From an uncultured Erysipelotrichia bacterium (GTDB lineage: Bacteria > Bacillota_I > Bacilli_A > CAYWJS01): a stretch of 64,000 nucleotides of DNA. The DNA lies in contig CAYWJS010000001.1 of NCBI GenBank assembly GCA_964458855.1, forward strand, positions 6,906 through 70,905, written 5' to 3'. The notes beneath the pieces are model-generated. The model did not search any database. It was given only the letters and a program-made list of their open reading frames with translations, and had not been told where the DNA came from. Below are positions 32,706 through 41,779 of the stretch, piece by piece. Made by a program: the position numbers and the translations under genes. Numbering within the stretch: position 1 is the stretch's first letter; each line of letters starts with the position of its first letter.

Positions 32706-33050
32706 TGGTGGAGGCGGTGGGATTCGAACCCACGTCCAAAAATAGAAAATACATAAACATCTACAAGTTTAGTTAGTTGAATAATTTAACTACTTAGTAA
32801 GCCAACTAACAAGCATCTAAGTAGCGAGTCTAGTAAAAATTTTGTTACTAGTTCCTAGACAAAACTAGTAACTATCCCACATTCATGAACCTTTTATATT
32901 CCAGGTGGGAGCCAGAATATAGAAGGCCTACCGCTTAGCTTAAGCAGTAGCTAATGCAAATTCGTTTCCGATTATTTTTCGGATGCGTTTTACGTACGCC
33001 TACGACTTGCAGTTTATGCTCTCGTATTCCCGTCGAAGCCAATCGCCCCC
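32706..33050 (-). ncRNA. ssrA: transfer-messenger RNA (tmRNA, ssrA)
   Basis: 5' GGGGGCGAUUGGCUUCGACGGG (G3:U70 acceptor) and 3' GUGGGUUCGAAUCCCACCGCCUCCACCA T-arm/CCA. Internal reading frame ...GGA AAC GAA UUU GCA UUA GCU ACU GCU UAA. Confidence 0.85.
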
Positions 33051-33061
33051 ATGTGTCATAT

Positions 33062-33090
33062 ATTTTACACATAAATTATTGTTTTGGCAA
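33062..33090 (-). promoter_or_regulatory. predicted ssrA promoter (TTGCCA-17-TAAAAT)
   Basis: Minus-strand -35 at +33085..33090 and -10 at +33062..33067, ~11 nt upstream of mature tmRNA 5' end. Confidence 0.5.
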
Positions 33091-33145
33091 TATTAATGCC
33101 TAAAACATAAAATGATTCCCCCATAGAATGTATTAGGTGGTAAAG

Positions 33146-34024
33146 ATGAGTTTTAAAATCTTAGCAATTGACGGCGGCGGAATCAGAGGAATTTTCCCCG
33201 CATATATATTAAAAAGAATTAAAGAAGAGTTCAATATAAAAAATATTACAAATGAATTTGATATGATTGTTGGAACTAGTACGGGTTCAATTATTGCTGG
33301 GTGTCTTGCTTGTGGAATAGAACCAGATATAATTTATAACTTATATAAAAATTATGGAAATAAAATTTTTAAGAAAAAACTTTTTTCAAGAATTTCTTTT
33401 AATCTTTTTACTCCAAAATACTCAAAAAAAGTACTTGAAGAATTACTTGATAGTATAGTTTGTGATATCAAACTAAAAAATATTAAAAAAAGAATGATTA
33501 TTACTGCAACTGATGTAAAGCATGGAAAAGCAATACTTTTTCGAAGTGGTATAAGAAGTGGAAAAAGAGGAGATGTTCTTTTAAAAAATGCAATTCTTGC
33601 ATCTATCAGTGCTCCTTATTATTTTAACTTCGAAGAATATAATGACTCATTCTTAGCAGATGGTGGTCTTTGGGCTAATAACCCATCAATTGTTGGGTTT
33701 ATTGAAGCAAAATATCATTTAAAAGTTAAGGAAGAAGATATTAAGATTTTATCCCTTGGAACAGGAATAAATAAAAATAAAACTTTTATTAGTCATAATC
33801 GATTAAAGTTTTCAGAAATTGATGATTTTATTAACCTACTTTTAAGTTTGCAAGCAAATCACTTAGATGCTTTAAGTTATATTATGTTAAAGAAAAACTT
33901 TTTAAAAGTAACTTTTGAAGAAGAAAATCTTTCAATTGATAAATTAAGTCCTACTTTCTTAGAAAAAACAGAAATATATTACTTAGCACATAAAAAACAA
34001 ATAGAAGAGTTTTTAAAAAGGTGA
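33146..34024 (+). CDS. patatin-like phospholipase
   Basis: GGGIRG oxyanion motif, GTSTGS (GxSxG), DGG catalytic Asp motif. Start set to ATG 33146 after AGGTGG. Confidence 0.8.
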   Translation: MSFKILAIDGGGIRGIFPAYILKRIKEEFNIKNITNEFDMIVGTSTGSIIAGCLACGIEPDIIYNLYKNYGNKIFKKKLFSRISFNLFTPKYSKKVLEELLDSIVCDIKLKNIKKRMIITATDVKHGKAILFRSGIRSGKRGDVLLKNAILASISAPYYFNFEEYNDSFLADGGLWANNPSIVGFIEAKYHLKVKEEDIKILSLGTGINKNKTFISHNRLKFSEIDDFINLLLSLQANHLDALSYIMLKKNFLKVTFEEENLSIDKLSPTFLEKTEIYYLAHKKQIEEFLKR

Positions 34025-34047
34025 GTATTTACTCACCTTTTTTTCGT
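34012..34047. terminator. bidirectional terminator (ggtgagta-ttt-actcacc + T-run)
   Basis: Serves patatin gene (+) and P-type ATPase gene (-). Confidence 0.65.
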
Positions 34048-36689
34048 TTAATTAATTTAAATATTTCCATAACAAAGAGCATTGGAACTGCTAAAAGAAA
34101 TATTATTATTATTTCATTAAATGGAATAGTTGTTGTATGAAGAATTTCACTAAATAATGGATTCATTGTAACAAAAAGTTGTAAAAGAAGGGTTGCAATA
34201 ACGCCAAGAATTATTAGGGGGTTATTTTTAATTGGAACTTTAAATGCCGAAATGTGTTCACTTCTACAATTAAATGTGTGAATATTTTGAATAAATACCA
34301 TCAAAAGTAAAACATAACCACGCGCCTTTGGAACTGGCATATTTACAACTTCCATTAAATATACCCAAAAAAGAAATACTGTAAGACCAATTTTAATACC
34401 TGAAACTAAAGTTTCTTGAATTAAGAGTTTATCAAAAATACTCTCGTTTGGTTTTCTTGGTTTATCATTCATTACTTCGCGTTCTGCTTTTTCTAAAGAA
34501 AGCGTAATATCTTGAATTCCATCAGTAACAAGATTTAACCATAAAAGTTGAACTGCAACAAGTGGAAGTGGATAATCAAATAAAATTGAAAGAATTATAA
34601 ACAACACTTCTCCAAGTCCACATGATATTAAAAGATAAATAACCTTTCTAACATTGTTATAAGCAATGCGCCCTTCTTCAATTCCAGTAACAATTGATTT
34701 AAATTTGTCATCATTAATAATCATTGTTCCTGTTTCTTTTGCAACATCTGTTCCGCTTCCCATTGCAATTCCAATATTAGCTGCTTTTATAGCAGGTGCA
34801 TCATTTACTCCATCTCCTGTTACAGCAACAAATTCACCCATTCTTTTATATGCTTCTACGATTGCAAGTTTTTGTAGTGGGGTAACTCTACTAAATACTT
34901 TTTTATCTTTAATAAACTCTTCAAATTCTTTTTCTCCTTTTTCTAAATATTCATCCAATTCTTTTCCTGTTGTAACTTCATTAAAAGCTTTAACCATTTC
35001 AAGTTCTCTTGCAATAGCAAAAGAAGTAAGAGGATGATCTCCTGTAATCATTACAACTTTAATTCCTGCTTTATAACACTTCTTAATTGAATCAATAGTC
35101 TCTTTTCTTATTGGATCAATAAAACCAACAAGTCCAACAAATGTAAGTTTTGGAATATCATTTGCATTATAAACACTTTTTTCTTCAAAGTTTTCTATTT
35201 TTCCACTTGCAAGAGCAATTACACGATAACCGTCACGAGCAAGTTCTTCATTTTGCTTAATAAGAAATTCTTTATCTATTTTTTCTACTTTTCCATTTAC
35301 AAGCATTGTATCAGAAAATTCAAGTACTTTTTCAAGTGAACCTTTAACTGTACAATAAATGTTTTTATTATCTTTATAAAAAACAGCTGAGTATTTGTTT
35401 TCTGATTCGTAAGGAATGCTTCCTACAATTTTCTTTCTTATTTTGCTATCGATATTTACTTTATAACCAAGAGCAAGAAAAGCAACATCAATAGAATCTC
35501 CAAAATATGTCCATGTATCATTTGTTTTTGTTAATGATGCTTCATTATTTAAAACACCAAGGCGGGCAATATTAATTGCTTCATTAATACTCTCACCGTT
35601 TTCTTCTGTAACTTTTCCCTCGTCATTATAACCTACACCAGAAACATTATATATCTTTTTACTTGGGAGAACTATAATTTTTGCAGTTTGTTCATTTAAA
35701 GTTAAGGTACCAGTTTTATCACTTGCAATAATTGTACAACTACCTAAACTTTCAACTGCATTTAGTTTTTTTACAATAACATTTTTCTTTGCCATTCTTC
35801 GTGATGAAATAGTAAGTGTCATGGTAAGTGCAAGAGGAAGTCCTTCAGGAATTACTGATACACTTAATCCAATAACATTAAAAATAATAGTTTGGAGTTC
35901 GTGACTTTTCAAATATAAAATTAAAACTATAAAAACTGCAACAATAAGCATAATAGTGCTTATTTGTCGTGAAAATTTTTCCATTCTTATAACAAGAGGA
36001 GATGGTGTATTGTCAACAAGCAAAACTTTATCAGCAACTTGTCCAAGTTCTGTATTAACTCCTGTTGCAACAACTACTCCCACACCTCTTCCTGTTACAA
36101 CTGATGTTCCTGCATAAGCCATATTTTCCCGATCTGAAATTGGAGTATTAAGGGAAATTTTTTTATTATGTTTTTCTTCTGCTATTGATTCCCCTGTAAG
36201 AACTGATTCATCAATACTTAAGTTTTTAACTTCAATTAATCTTAAATCAGCAGATACTTTATCTCCTGGCTCAAGGAGCACTATATCTCCTGGCACCAAT
36301 TCCTCAGAATCAATTTCTTGTCTTTTATTATCGCGAAGAACAATAGTTGTTACTTTAACTAATTTATGTAAACTTTCATAATCTTTTTTTGCTCGCCACT
36401 CTTGAAATGTTCCCATTATTGCATCAGCAAGAACAACCACTAAAATAAATATTGCATCAATTACTTCACCTATAAAAAGTGATAAAAAAATAGTAAAAAT
36501 TAAAATATAAATAATCGGATTATTAAGTTGGCTTAAAAATATTCTGATAATTCCTTTTTCTTTCGGGCGAGGAAATCTATTTTTACCATATATACTTAAT
36601 CTTTCTTTAACTTCTTTTTCAGTTAATCCTGTTTTTCTTGTATTAAAATTTGATAAAACTGTATTAATACTTTTATTGTGCCAATTCAT
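34029..36689 (-). CDS. P-type cation-transporting ATPase (Ca2+-ATPase-like, type IIA)
   Basis: 886 aa, DKTGTLT phosphorylation motif, TGDGVNDAPA hinge, 10 TM. Confidence 0.9.
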   Translation of the reverse strand: MNWHNKSINTVLSNFNTRKTGLTEKEVKERLSIYGKNRFPRPKEKGIIRIFLSQLNNPIIYILIFTIFLSLFIGEVIDAIFILVVVLADAIMGTFQEWRAKKDYESLHKLVKVTTIVLRDNKRQEIDSEELVPGDIVLLEPGDKVSADLRLIEVKNLSIDESVLTGESIAEEKHNKKISLNTPISDRENMAYAGTSVVTGRGVGVVVATGVNTELGQVADKVLLVDNTPSPLVIRMEKFSRQISTIMLIVAVFIVLILYLKSHELQTIIFNVIGLSVSVIPEGLPLALTMTLTISSRRMAKKNVIVKKLNAVESLGSCTIIASDKTGTLTLNEQTAKIIVLPSKKIYNVSGVGYNDEGKVTEENGESINEAINIARLGVLNNEASLTKTNDTWTYFGDSIDVAFLALGYKVNIDSKIRKKIVGSIPYESENKYSAVFYKDNKNIYCTVKGSLEKVLEFSDTMLVNGKVEKIDKEFLIKQNEELARDGYRVIALASGKIENFEEKSVYNANDIPKLTFVGLVGFIDPIRKETIDSIKKCYKAGIKVVMITGDHPLTSFAIARELEMVKAFNEVTTGKELDEYLEKGEKEFEEFIKDKKVFSRVTPLQKLAIVEAYKRMGEFVAVTGDGVNDAPAIKAANIGIAMGSGTDVAKETGTMIINDDKFKSIVTGIEEGRIAYNNVRKVIYLLISCGLGEVLFIILSILFDYPLPLVAVQLLWLNLVTDGIQDITLSLEKAEREVMNDKPRKPNESIFDKLLIQETLVSGIKIGLTVFLFWVYLMEVVNMPVPKARGYVLLLMVFIQNIHTFNCRSEHISAFKVPIKNNPLIILGVIATLLLQLFVTMNPLFSEILHTTTIPFNEIIIIFLLAVPMLFVMEIFKLIKRKKGE

Positions 36690-36740
36690 AATAACACCTC
36701 ATTAGTTTTATTATAAACCTATATGTATTTTTTTTACAAA

Positions 36741-36770
36741 TAAAAAAGAACACGTTTGTTCTTTTTTATT
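36741..36770. terminator. terminator after MurD-like gene (aagaaca-cgttt-tgttctt + T-run)
   Basis: Hairpin between MurD-like gene and P-type ATPase gene. Confidence 0.65.
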
Positions 36771-38151
36771 TTGAGCTATATTTTTTAATTAATTCTTTAT
36801 AATGGTCGCCACGCTCCATAAAGTTTTTATAAAAATCATAACTTGCAGCAGCAGGTGACATTACACAAGCAGTATTTTTAGGTGTTACTTCATATGCTAG
36901 TTTTACTGCTTCTTCAAGACTTTTTACTTGATAAATTTTAATATTTGGATGAATCTTTCCTTTTAAGAGTTTATATACCCTTTCCCCAACATTTAGAAGA
37001 CAAATAATATTATCAACTACATGTTCTTGAAAATATGGAATAAATTTATCATAAGAAATTCCTTTATCATAACCACCAATAATAATTGTACCTACGTTTT
37101 TAACTGCATTTATTGCATTCATAGCACTTTCAGGAATTGTAGAAATAGAATCATTAAAAAACGTTATATTATTAAATGTCCCCACATTTTCCAAGCGATG
37201 AGGAAGTCCAGGAAATTCTTTTATTACATTAAGTGCTTTTCTTAAATCATTAATACCAATAATTTTTAAAATACATAGTATACGAGCAATGTTTTCAAGA
37301 TTAAAATCACCTAGAATCTTTCTTTCAAGATTTGTTTTAGCAATAACTTCTCTTTTTCCTTTATCAACAAAAATAATATCTTCACCCTCAATAAAAATTC
37401 CTCGTTCTGTACCCTTAATTCCGTATGTATATAAGTTTGAGATAACATTTTCGTTTAAAATCTTTTTTGAATTTTCATCATTTGAAATAAGGAGATAATC
37501 ATTTTTAGTTTGATAGCGATAAATATTCTTTTTCGCATTATGATAAGCTTCAATTGTACCGTGGTATTCTAAATGATCTTCATGAAGATTAACAATTAAA
37601 GCTATATGGGGTGAACGTGTTACTTGATCTAGTTGGTGTGATGAAAGTTCAAAAACATATAATCTTTTGCCATCATCACTATTTATTGAATCAAAAGCAG
37701 GTATACCAATATTACCAACAAGTTCAACATCTTGATATTCATTAATAGTAAGTTTAAGAAGAGTGCTTATGGTACTTTTTCCTTTTGTTCCTGTAACGCC
37801 AATAACTCTATCGGCAAATAAATCCAAAAACACCTTTGCTTGATTTACTATCTCTGCATTCGGAAAATATGGGCTTATCTTTCGATAATTTATACCAGGA
37901 GCTACAAAAACATAATTGTACTTTTCTTTTCCATCATCTAAATAATTTTCTCCGCTATAAATTGTAATATTTTCTTCTTTTTTGTCTTCAAAAAAGTTCT
38001 TTGCTACCTCTTCTTTTATTTCAAAAATTGCAATATGCTTATCTGGAAAATGACTTCGTAAAAAATTATATGTTGATTTACCTTCTAATCCAAAACCAAC
38101 AATTGCAATATTTTTATTTGCTATTTGTTCTAAATACTCATTTAGAGTCAT
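36766..38151 (-). CDS. Mur ligase family protein, MurD-like
   Basis: 461 aa. N-terminal Rossmann-like IAIVGFGLEGKST, P-loop GVTGTKGKSTIST, ELSSHQLD, C-terminal Mur ligase domain. Start overlaps the upstream PP-loop gene by 14 nt. Confidence 0.8.
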   Translation of the reverse strand: MTLNEYLEQIANKNIAIVGFGLEGKSTYNFLRSHFPDKHIAIFEIKEEVAKNFFEDKKEENITIYSGENYLDDGKEKYNYVFVAPGINYRKISPYFPNAEIVNQAKVFLDLFADRVIGVTGTKGKSTISTLLKLTINEYQDVELVGNIGIPAFDSINSDDGKRLYVFELSSHQLDQVTRSPHIALIVNLHEDHLEYHGTIEAYHNAKKNIYRYQTKNDYLLISNDENSKKILNENVISNLYTYGIKGTERGIFIEGEDIIFVDKGKREVIAKTNLERKILGDFNLENIARILCILKIIGINDLRKALNVIKEFPGLPHRLENVGTFNNITFFNDSISTIPESAMNAINAVKNVGTIIIGGYDKGISYDKFIPYFQEHVVDNIICLLNVGERVYKLLKGKIHPNIKIYQVKSLEEAVKLAYEVTPKNTACVMSPAAASYDFYKNFMERGDHYKELIKKYSSK

Positions 38152-39493
38152 TTTTAATCATCCTTTCAAATTCTAATGGCAAAAGATTTTCTTTATTATA
38201 ATAAGTAAGGGGATTTGTATGTATTTTTTCATTTGGATACTTTTCTAAATAATATTTAAGTAAAGCAGGGAACTTTTTTTCTTTTTTTCTTAATAAATCT
38301 AAAGCATATTTTACTTCTTCAATTGTTCCAACACATTCAAATGGTTTAATGCTTGTCTCTCCAATTAATTTTTTAAAGATTGGAAGAAGATTCTCATCAT
38401 CTAGTAAATCCTTACCAAATATTTGAATGAGTTCAGAATGTTCAAGGAATGGTGCAAGAATAATATAAACAAATAAGCATTTTGGACAAGTACAGCACCA
38501 AATGTTTTCTTTGCTTCCACGATTACAACTTCTAAATGCAGAGAAATATTTTTTATGTTTAGAAAATTCATAAGCAATTTTAATTTCCTTCCAAGGACGT
38601 AAGAAACTAAAATAGTTTATGTTATTTGTAATATATTTATGGACATAATTGTTAAAATCTTTTTCAAATTCAAAACTTTTTGAATATTGGTGATTTATGT
38701 TTGTTCCTAAAATAGTTGGTTCATTTGCACTTGCTTCATTAGATAAAACAATATATTTTTTTCCCTTTAAAGCAGCAGTTAAAATAGAAATAAAAGCAAA
38801 TCCTGCTGAAAGTGGAATATGACCATTTAAGAACCCTTCTTCATTTAATTTAAGTAAGGTAGGATCAAGATATCTTTTTATTAAAATTCTGTCTTCTTCA
38901 TTGTAACCTGCAATATGAACTGAGTCTTTTGCTGCTATAGTTGGATTTATTAAAAGAACATTATTTTCTTTTTTCTTTTCTTTTAAAAGTTCTAAAGTTA
39001 CTATTGAGTCTTTCCCACCACCAACAGGAATAATATTTCCATTTACTAATAAATTGTTATTTACTTGAAATTTCTTATTACCTATTGATTCAATCTTAAT
39101 AAACTCTTCTTCTTTTATGAAATCATATAGTTTATTTAGATAAAGCATTTCCCCTAAACCTTTATAATATAATTTTTGCCACCAATTTATTTGTTCTTCA
39201 TCTAAATTATTAGGCATTACTAAAAAAAATTTACTACATGTAAGTTTCCAATAACTAATTGCTTCAATCATTCCTAAGTTAAAAACAATATTTTGAATAA
39301 CTTCAGAATCTAAGTTACTTTTTAAAGTAAAGTTTTTATAAATTGTAAGTCTATGATTAAAAGGAATGATTTCTTCTCCGTTTAATTCATACTGATAAGT
39401 TATTTCAATAGACTCTTCTTTTTCTTCAATTTTGAAATCACGATAAATAAATTTTGGATATTTTTTATTTAAATTTTCATAAATCTTTAACAT
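38138..39493 (-). CDS. PP-loop ATP pyrophosphatase superfamily protein of unknown function (candidate adenylating epimerase/amidotransferase acting with the MurD-like ligase)
   Basis: 451 aa. PP-loop IIPVGGGKDSIVTL (SGGxDS-type) at ~aa 155-165, Cys cluster WCCTCPKC near aa 325, no N-terminal glutaminase domain. Confidence 0.55.
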   Translation of the reverse strand: MLKIYENLNKKYPKFIYRDFKIEEKEESIEITYQYELNGEEIIPFNHRLTIYKNFTLKSNLDSEVIQNIVFNLGMIEAISYWKLTCSKFFLVMPNNLDEEQINWWQKLYYKGLGEMLYLNKLYDFIKEEEFIKIESIGNKKFQVNNNLLVNGNIIPVGGGKDSIVTLELLKEKKKENNVLLINPTIAAKDSVHIAGYNEEDRILIKRYLDPTLLKLNEEGFLNGHIPLSAGFAFISILTAALKGKKYIVLSNEASANEPTILGTNINHQYSKSFEFEKDFNNYVHKYITNNINYFSFLRPWKEIKIAYEFSKHKKYFSAFRSCNRGSKENIWCCTCPKCLFVYIILAPFLEHSELIQIFGKDLLDDENLLPIFKKLIGETSIKPFECVGTIEEVKYALDLLRKKEKKFPALLKYYLEKYPNEKIHTNPLTYYNKENLLPLEFERMIKNDSK

Positions 39494-39520
39494 AAATAAT
39501 ACCCCCTAAGGAGTTGTTTT

Positions 39521-40066
39521 TTATACTGTCATTATTTCTTTTTCTTTTTTAAGAGTTTCTTCATCAATAATTTTATTGTACTTATCTGTTAAGTCTTGAA
39601 TTTTTTTCATTGCTGTTTTTTCTTCATCTTCTGTTAAGCTAAGTTTCTTTATTTGATCATTTGCATCTCTTCTTATATTTCTAATTGCAATTTTTCCTTC
39701 TTCTGCAAGTCTTTTAACATCCTTTACAAATTCAAGTCTTCTCTCCTCAGTTAAAGGTGGGATGTTAATTCTAATTACTTCACCAATATTTGTTGGAGTA
39801 AATCCTAAATTAGCATCAATTATTGCTTTTAAAACATCATCAATAATACTAATGTCATATGGTTTCACTAATATTTGTCTTGCTTCTGGAATTGAAATTG
39901 AACATAATTGCCGAATTGGTGTTTCAACACCATAATAAGGCACTTTTACCTTGTCTAAAATTGTAGGATTTGCGCGCCCTGTTCTAATATTTAAAAACTC
40001 TTCTAACATAACATTAACTGCTTTTTCCATTCTTTCTGTAGCATTTTTAAAAATATCTTCAACCAT
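39521..40066 (-). CDS. frr: ribosome recycling factor
   Basis: 181 aa, RRF-like sequence. Confidence 0.9.
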   Translation of the reverse strand: MVEDIFKNATERMEKAVNVMLEEFLNIRTGRANPTILDKVKVPYYGVETPIRQLCSISIPEARQILVKPYDISIIDDVLKAIIDANLGFTPTNIGEVIRINIPPLTEERRLEFVKDVKRLAEEGKIAIRNIRRDANDQIKKLSLTEDEEKTAMKKIQDLTDKYNKIIDEETLKKEKEIMTV

Positions 40067-40078
40067 TTTTATTACCTC

Positions 40079-40528
40079 CTATTTATTTATTTTTTTATTT
40101 ATTTTTTCAAGATACCTTTTAGTATCTCTTTCTTTCAAAGTTTGACGTTTATCATAACTTTTTTTCCCGCGAGCAACACCAATTAATACTTTGGCACGTC
40201 CATGTTTAAAATATATTTTTAAAGGTATTAAAGTATAACCCTGATTTGAAAGAGCGCGTTCTAAACGTAAGATTTCGTTTTTATTAAGTAAGAGTTTTCT
40301 AGTTCTGAGTGGTTCATGATTAAAACGACCTCCTTCTTCATATGGTGCGATATAAACATTTAACAAAAACACTTCATGATTCTTAATATACGCATAAGCA
40401 TCTTTCAAATCAACTGAACCTTTTCTAATTGATTTTATTTCTGTTCCTTTCAAAACAATTCCCGCTTCATATGTATCTTCAATAAAATAATCGTGATATG
40501 CTTTTCGATTATTTATTTCTATTTCCAT
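40079..40528 (-). CDS. smpB: SsrA-binding protein SmpB
   Basis: 149 aa, [29 protein letters not shown]. Confidence 0.95.
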   Translation of the reverse strand: MEIEINNRKAYHDYFIEDTYEAGIVLKGTEIKSIRKGSVDLKDAYAYIKNHEVFLLNVYIAPYEEGGRFNHEPLRTRKLLLNKNEILRLERALSNQGYTLIPLKIYFKHGRAKVLIGVARGKKSYDKRQTLKERDTKRYLEKINKKINK

Positions 40529-40532
40529 TATA

Positions 40533-41768
40533 TCACCTTACTATTTCTAAATCTTCAACATATTTTGTTAAAATTTTCTCATATTTTTCTCGGTAGTGAT
40601 TCATATCTAAATTTTGATCAGAATAATTACAAAGATTTGGATAAGCTGGAACATTGTTAGGACTAGAATTTTTTAATAATTCATTAGTCATTTTAGAAAA
40701 TGGAATAATTTTATAATTTTTTCGATTATTATCAGAGTTTTGATAAAATAACATTGCTCTTGGGCTTAGTAGTTCTATTTCAGTATTATTATCAACAACT
40801 TTTTTCTTAATATCAAGTCCCACTAATACTCCTACCCTTCGGTCAATACATCCTTGGGCAGCAATAAAGTTACCAAGCGAGTATGCAACAAAAGTTTTTC
40901 TTCCATCTTCTCGCTCAATAAATTCTACAGGTTGAACAACATGAGGATGATGACCAATAATAATATCAACACCTAAATCAGCAAGAAATTTAGCATGCTT
41001 ACGTTGCTTACTACTTTCATTAAAAGCATATTCATTTCCCCAGTGCATTGATACAATGATAATATCAACTTTATCTTTAACTTTTTCAATATCAGATGTA
41101 ATCTTATCATAATCTACTAATGATATGTAATGTTCCTTTCCAATTGGAACTGGAATATCATTAGTACTTTCGGTATAAGCAAAGAAAGCATATTTAATAC
41201 CATTCATTTCATAAATTGCTGGTTCTTGTGCCTCTTTTGATGGGAAAGATCCTGCATAAATTGCGCCACTATTTTCCCAATATTTTAAAGAATTTTCAAC
41301 ACCTTTTGTACTTGCATCTAGTGTATGGTTATTTGCAAGAGAAACTAAATTAACACCCAAATCAAGTAAGGCATCACCAATTTCATAAGGACTGTTAAAT
41401 GTTGGATAACTACGAACTCCTAACTCTTGTCCACCAATTGGAGATTCCTGATTTACAAAACGCAAATCATATGATAAAAAATAATCTTTTATTTCACTAA
41501 ATATTGATCGAAAATCATAACGCATAATACCTTTTTCATCAGGACCAATTTGAGCATCTAGGTAGATAGCACCATGAATCAAAACATCTCCAGCCATAAC
41601 TAAACTAAGTTCGTACTCTTCTGTTTTAGGTTCATTTACTACTGGTGGTTTAGTATTATTATCTTTTTTAAATGAAAAATCTAAAAAGTTAAATATAACT
41701 GTAATAACTATTGCAACCAATAAAAATATTGTAATTTTCCCTCTAAGTTTCATTTTCCTTTTTGTCAT
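40533..41768 (-). CDS. CapA-family (PGA_cap) metallophosphoesterase-like protein, membrane anchored
   Basis: 411 aa, N-terminal [11 protein letters not shown] and GHHPHVVQP motifs. Confidence 0.65.
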   Translation of the reverse strand: MTKRKMKLRGKITIFLLVAIVITVIFNFLDFSFKKDNNTKPPVVNEPKTEEYELSLVMAGDVLIHGAIYLDAQIGPDEKGIMRYDFRSIFSEIKDYFLSYDLRFVNQESPIGGQELGVRSYPTFNSPYEIGDALLDLGVNLVSLANNHTLDASTKGVENSLKYWENSGAIYAGSFPSKEAQEPAIYEMNGIKYAFFAYTESTNDIPVPIGKEHYISLVDYDKITSDIEKVKDKVDIIIVSMHWGNEYAFNESSKQRKHAKFLADLGVDIIIGHHPHVVQPVEFIEREDGRKTFVAYSLGNFIAAQGCIDRRVGVLVGLDIKKKVVDNNTEIELLSPRAMLFYQNSDNNRKNYKIIPFSKMTNELLKNSSPNNVPAYPNLCNYSDQNLDMNHYREKYEKILTKYVEDLEIVR

Positions 41769-41779
41769 CTTATTCCTCC

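Noticed and set aside
32706-33050. Genomic island integrated at ssrA
   Set aside because: ssrA 3' ends are classic integration sites, but the adjacent genes (LysM-CAP protein, transglutaminase-like protein) come with no integrase, direct repeat of the tmRNA 3' end or phage genes.
33146-34024. Patatin-like phospholipase as a CBASS or other defence-system effector
   Set aside because: It is a stand-alone gene flanked by terminators, with no neighbouring CD-NTase, SMODS or other signalling component.
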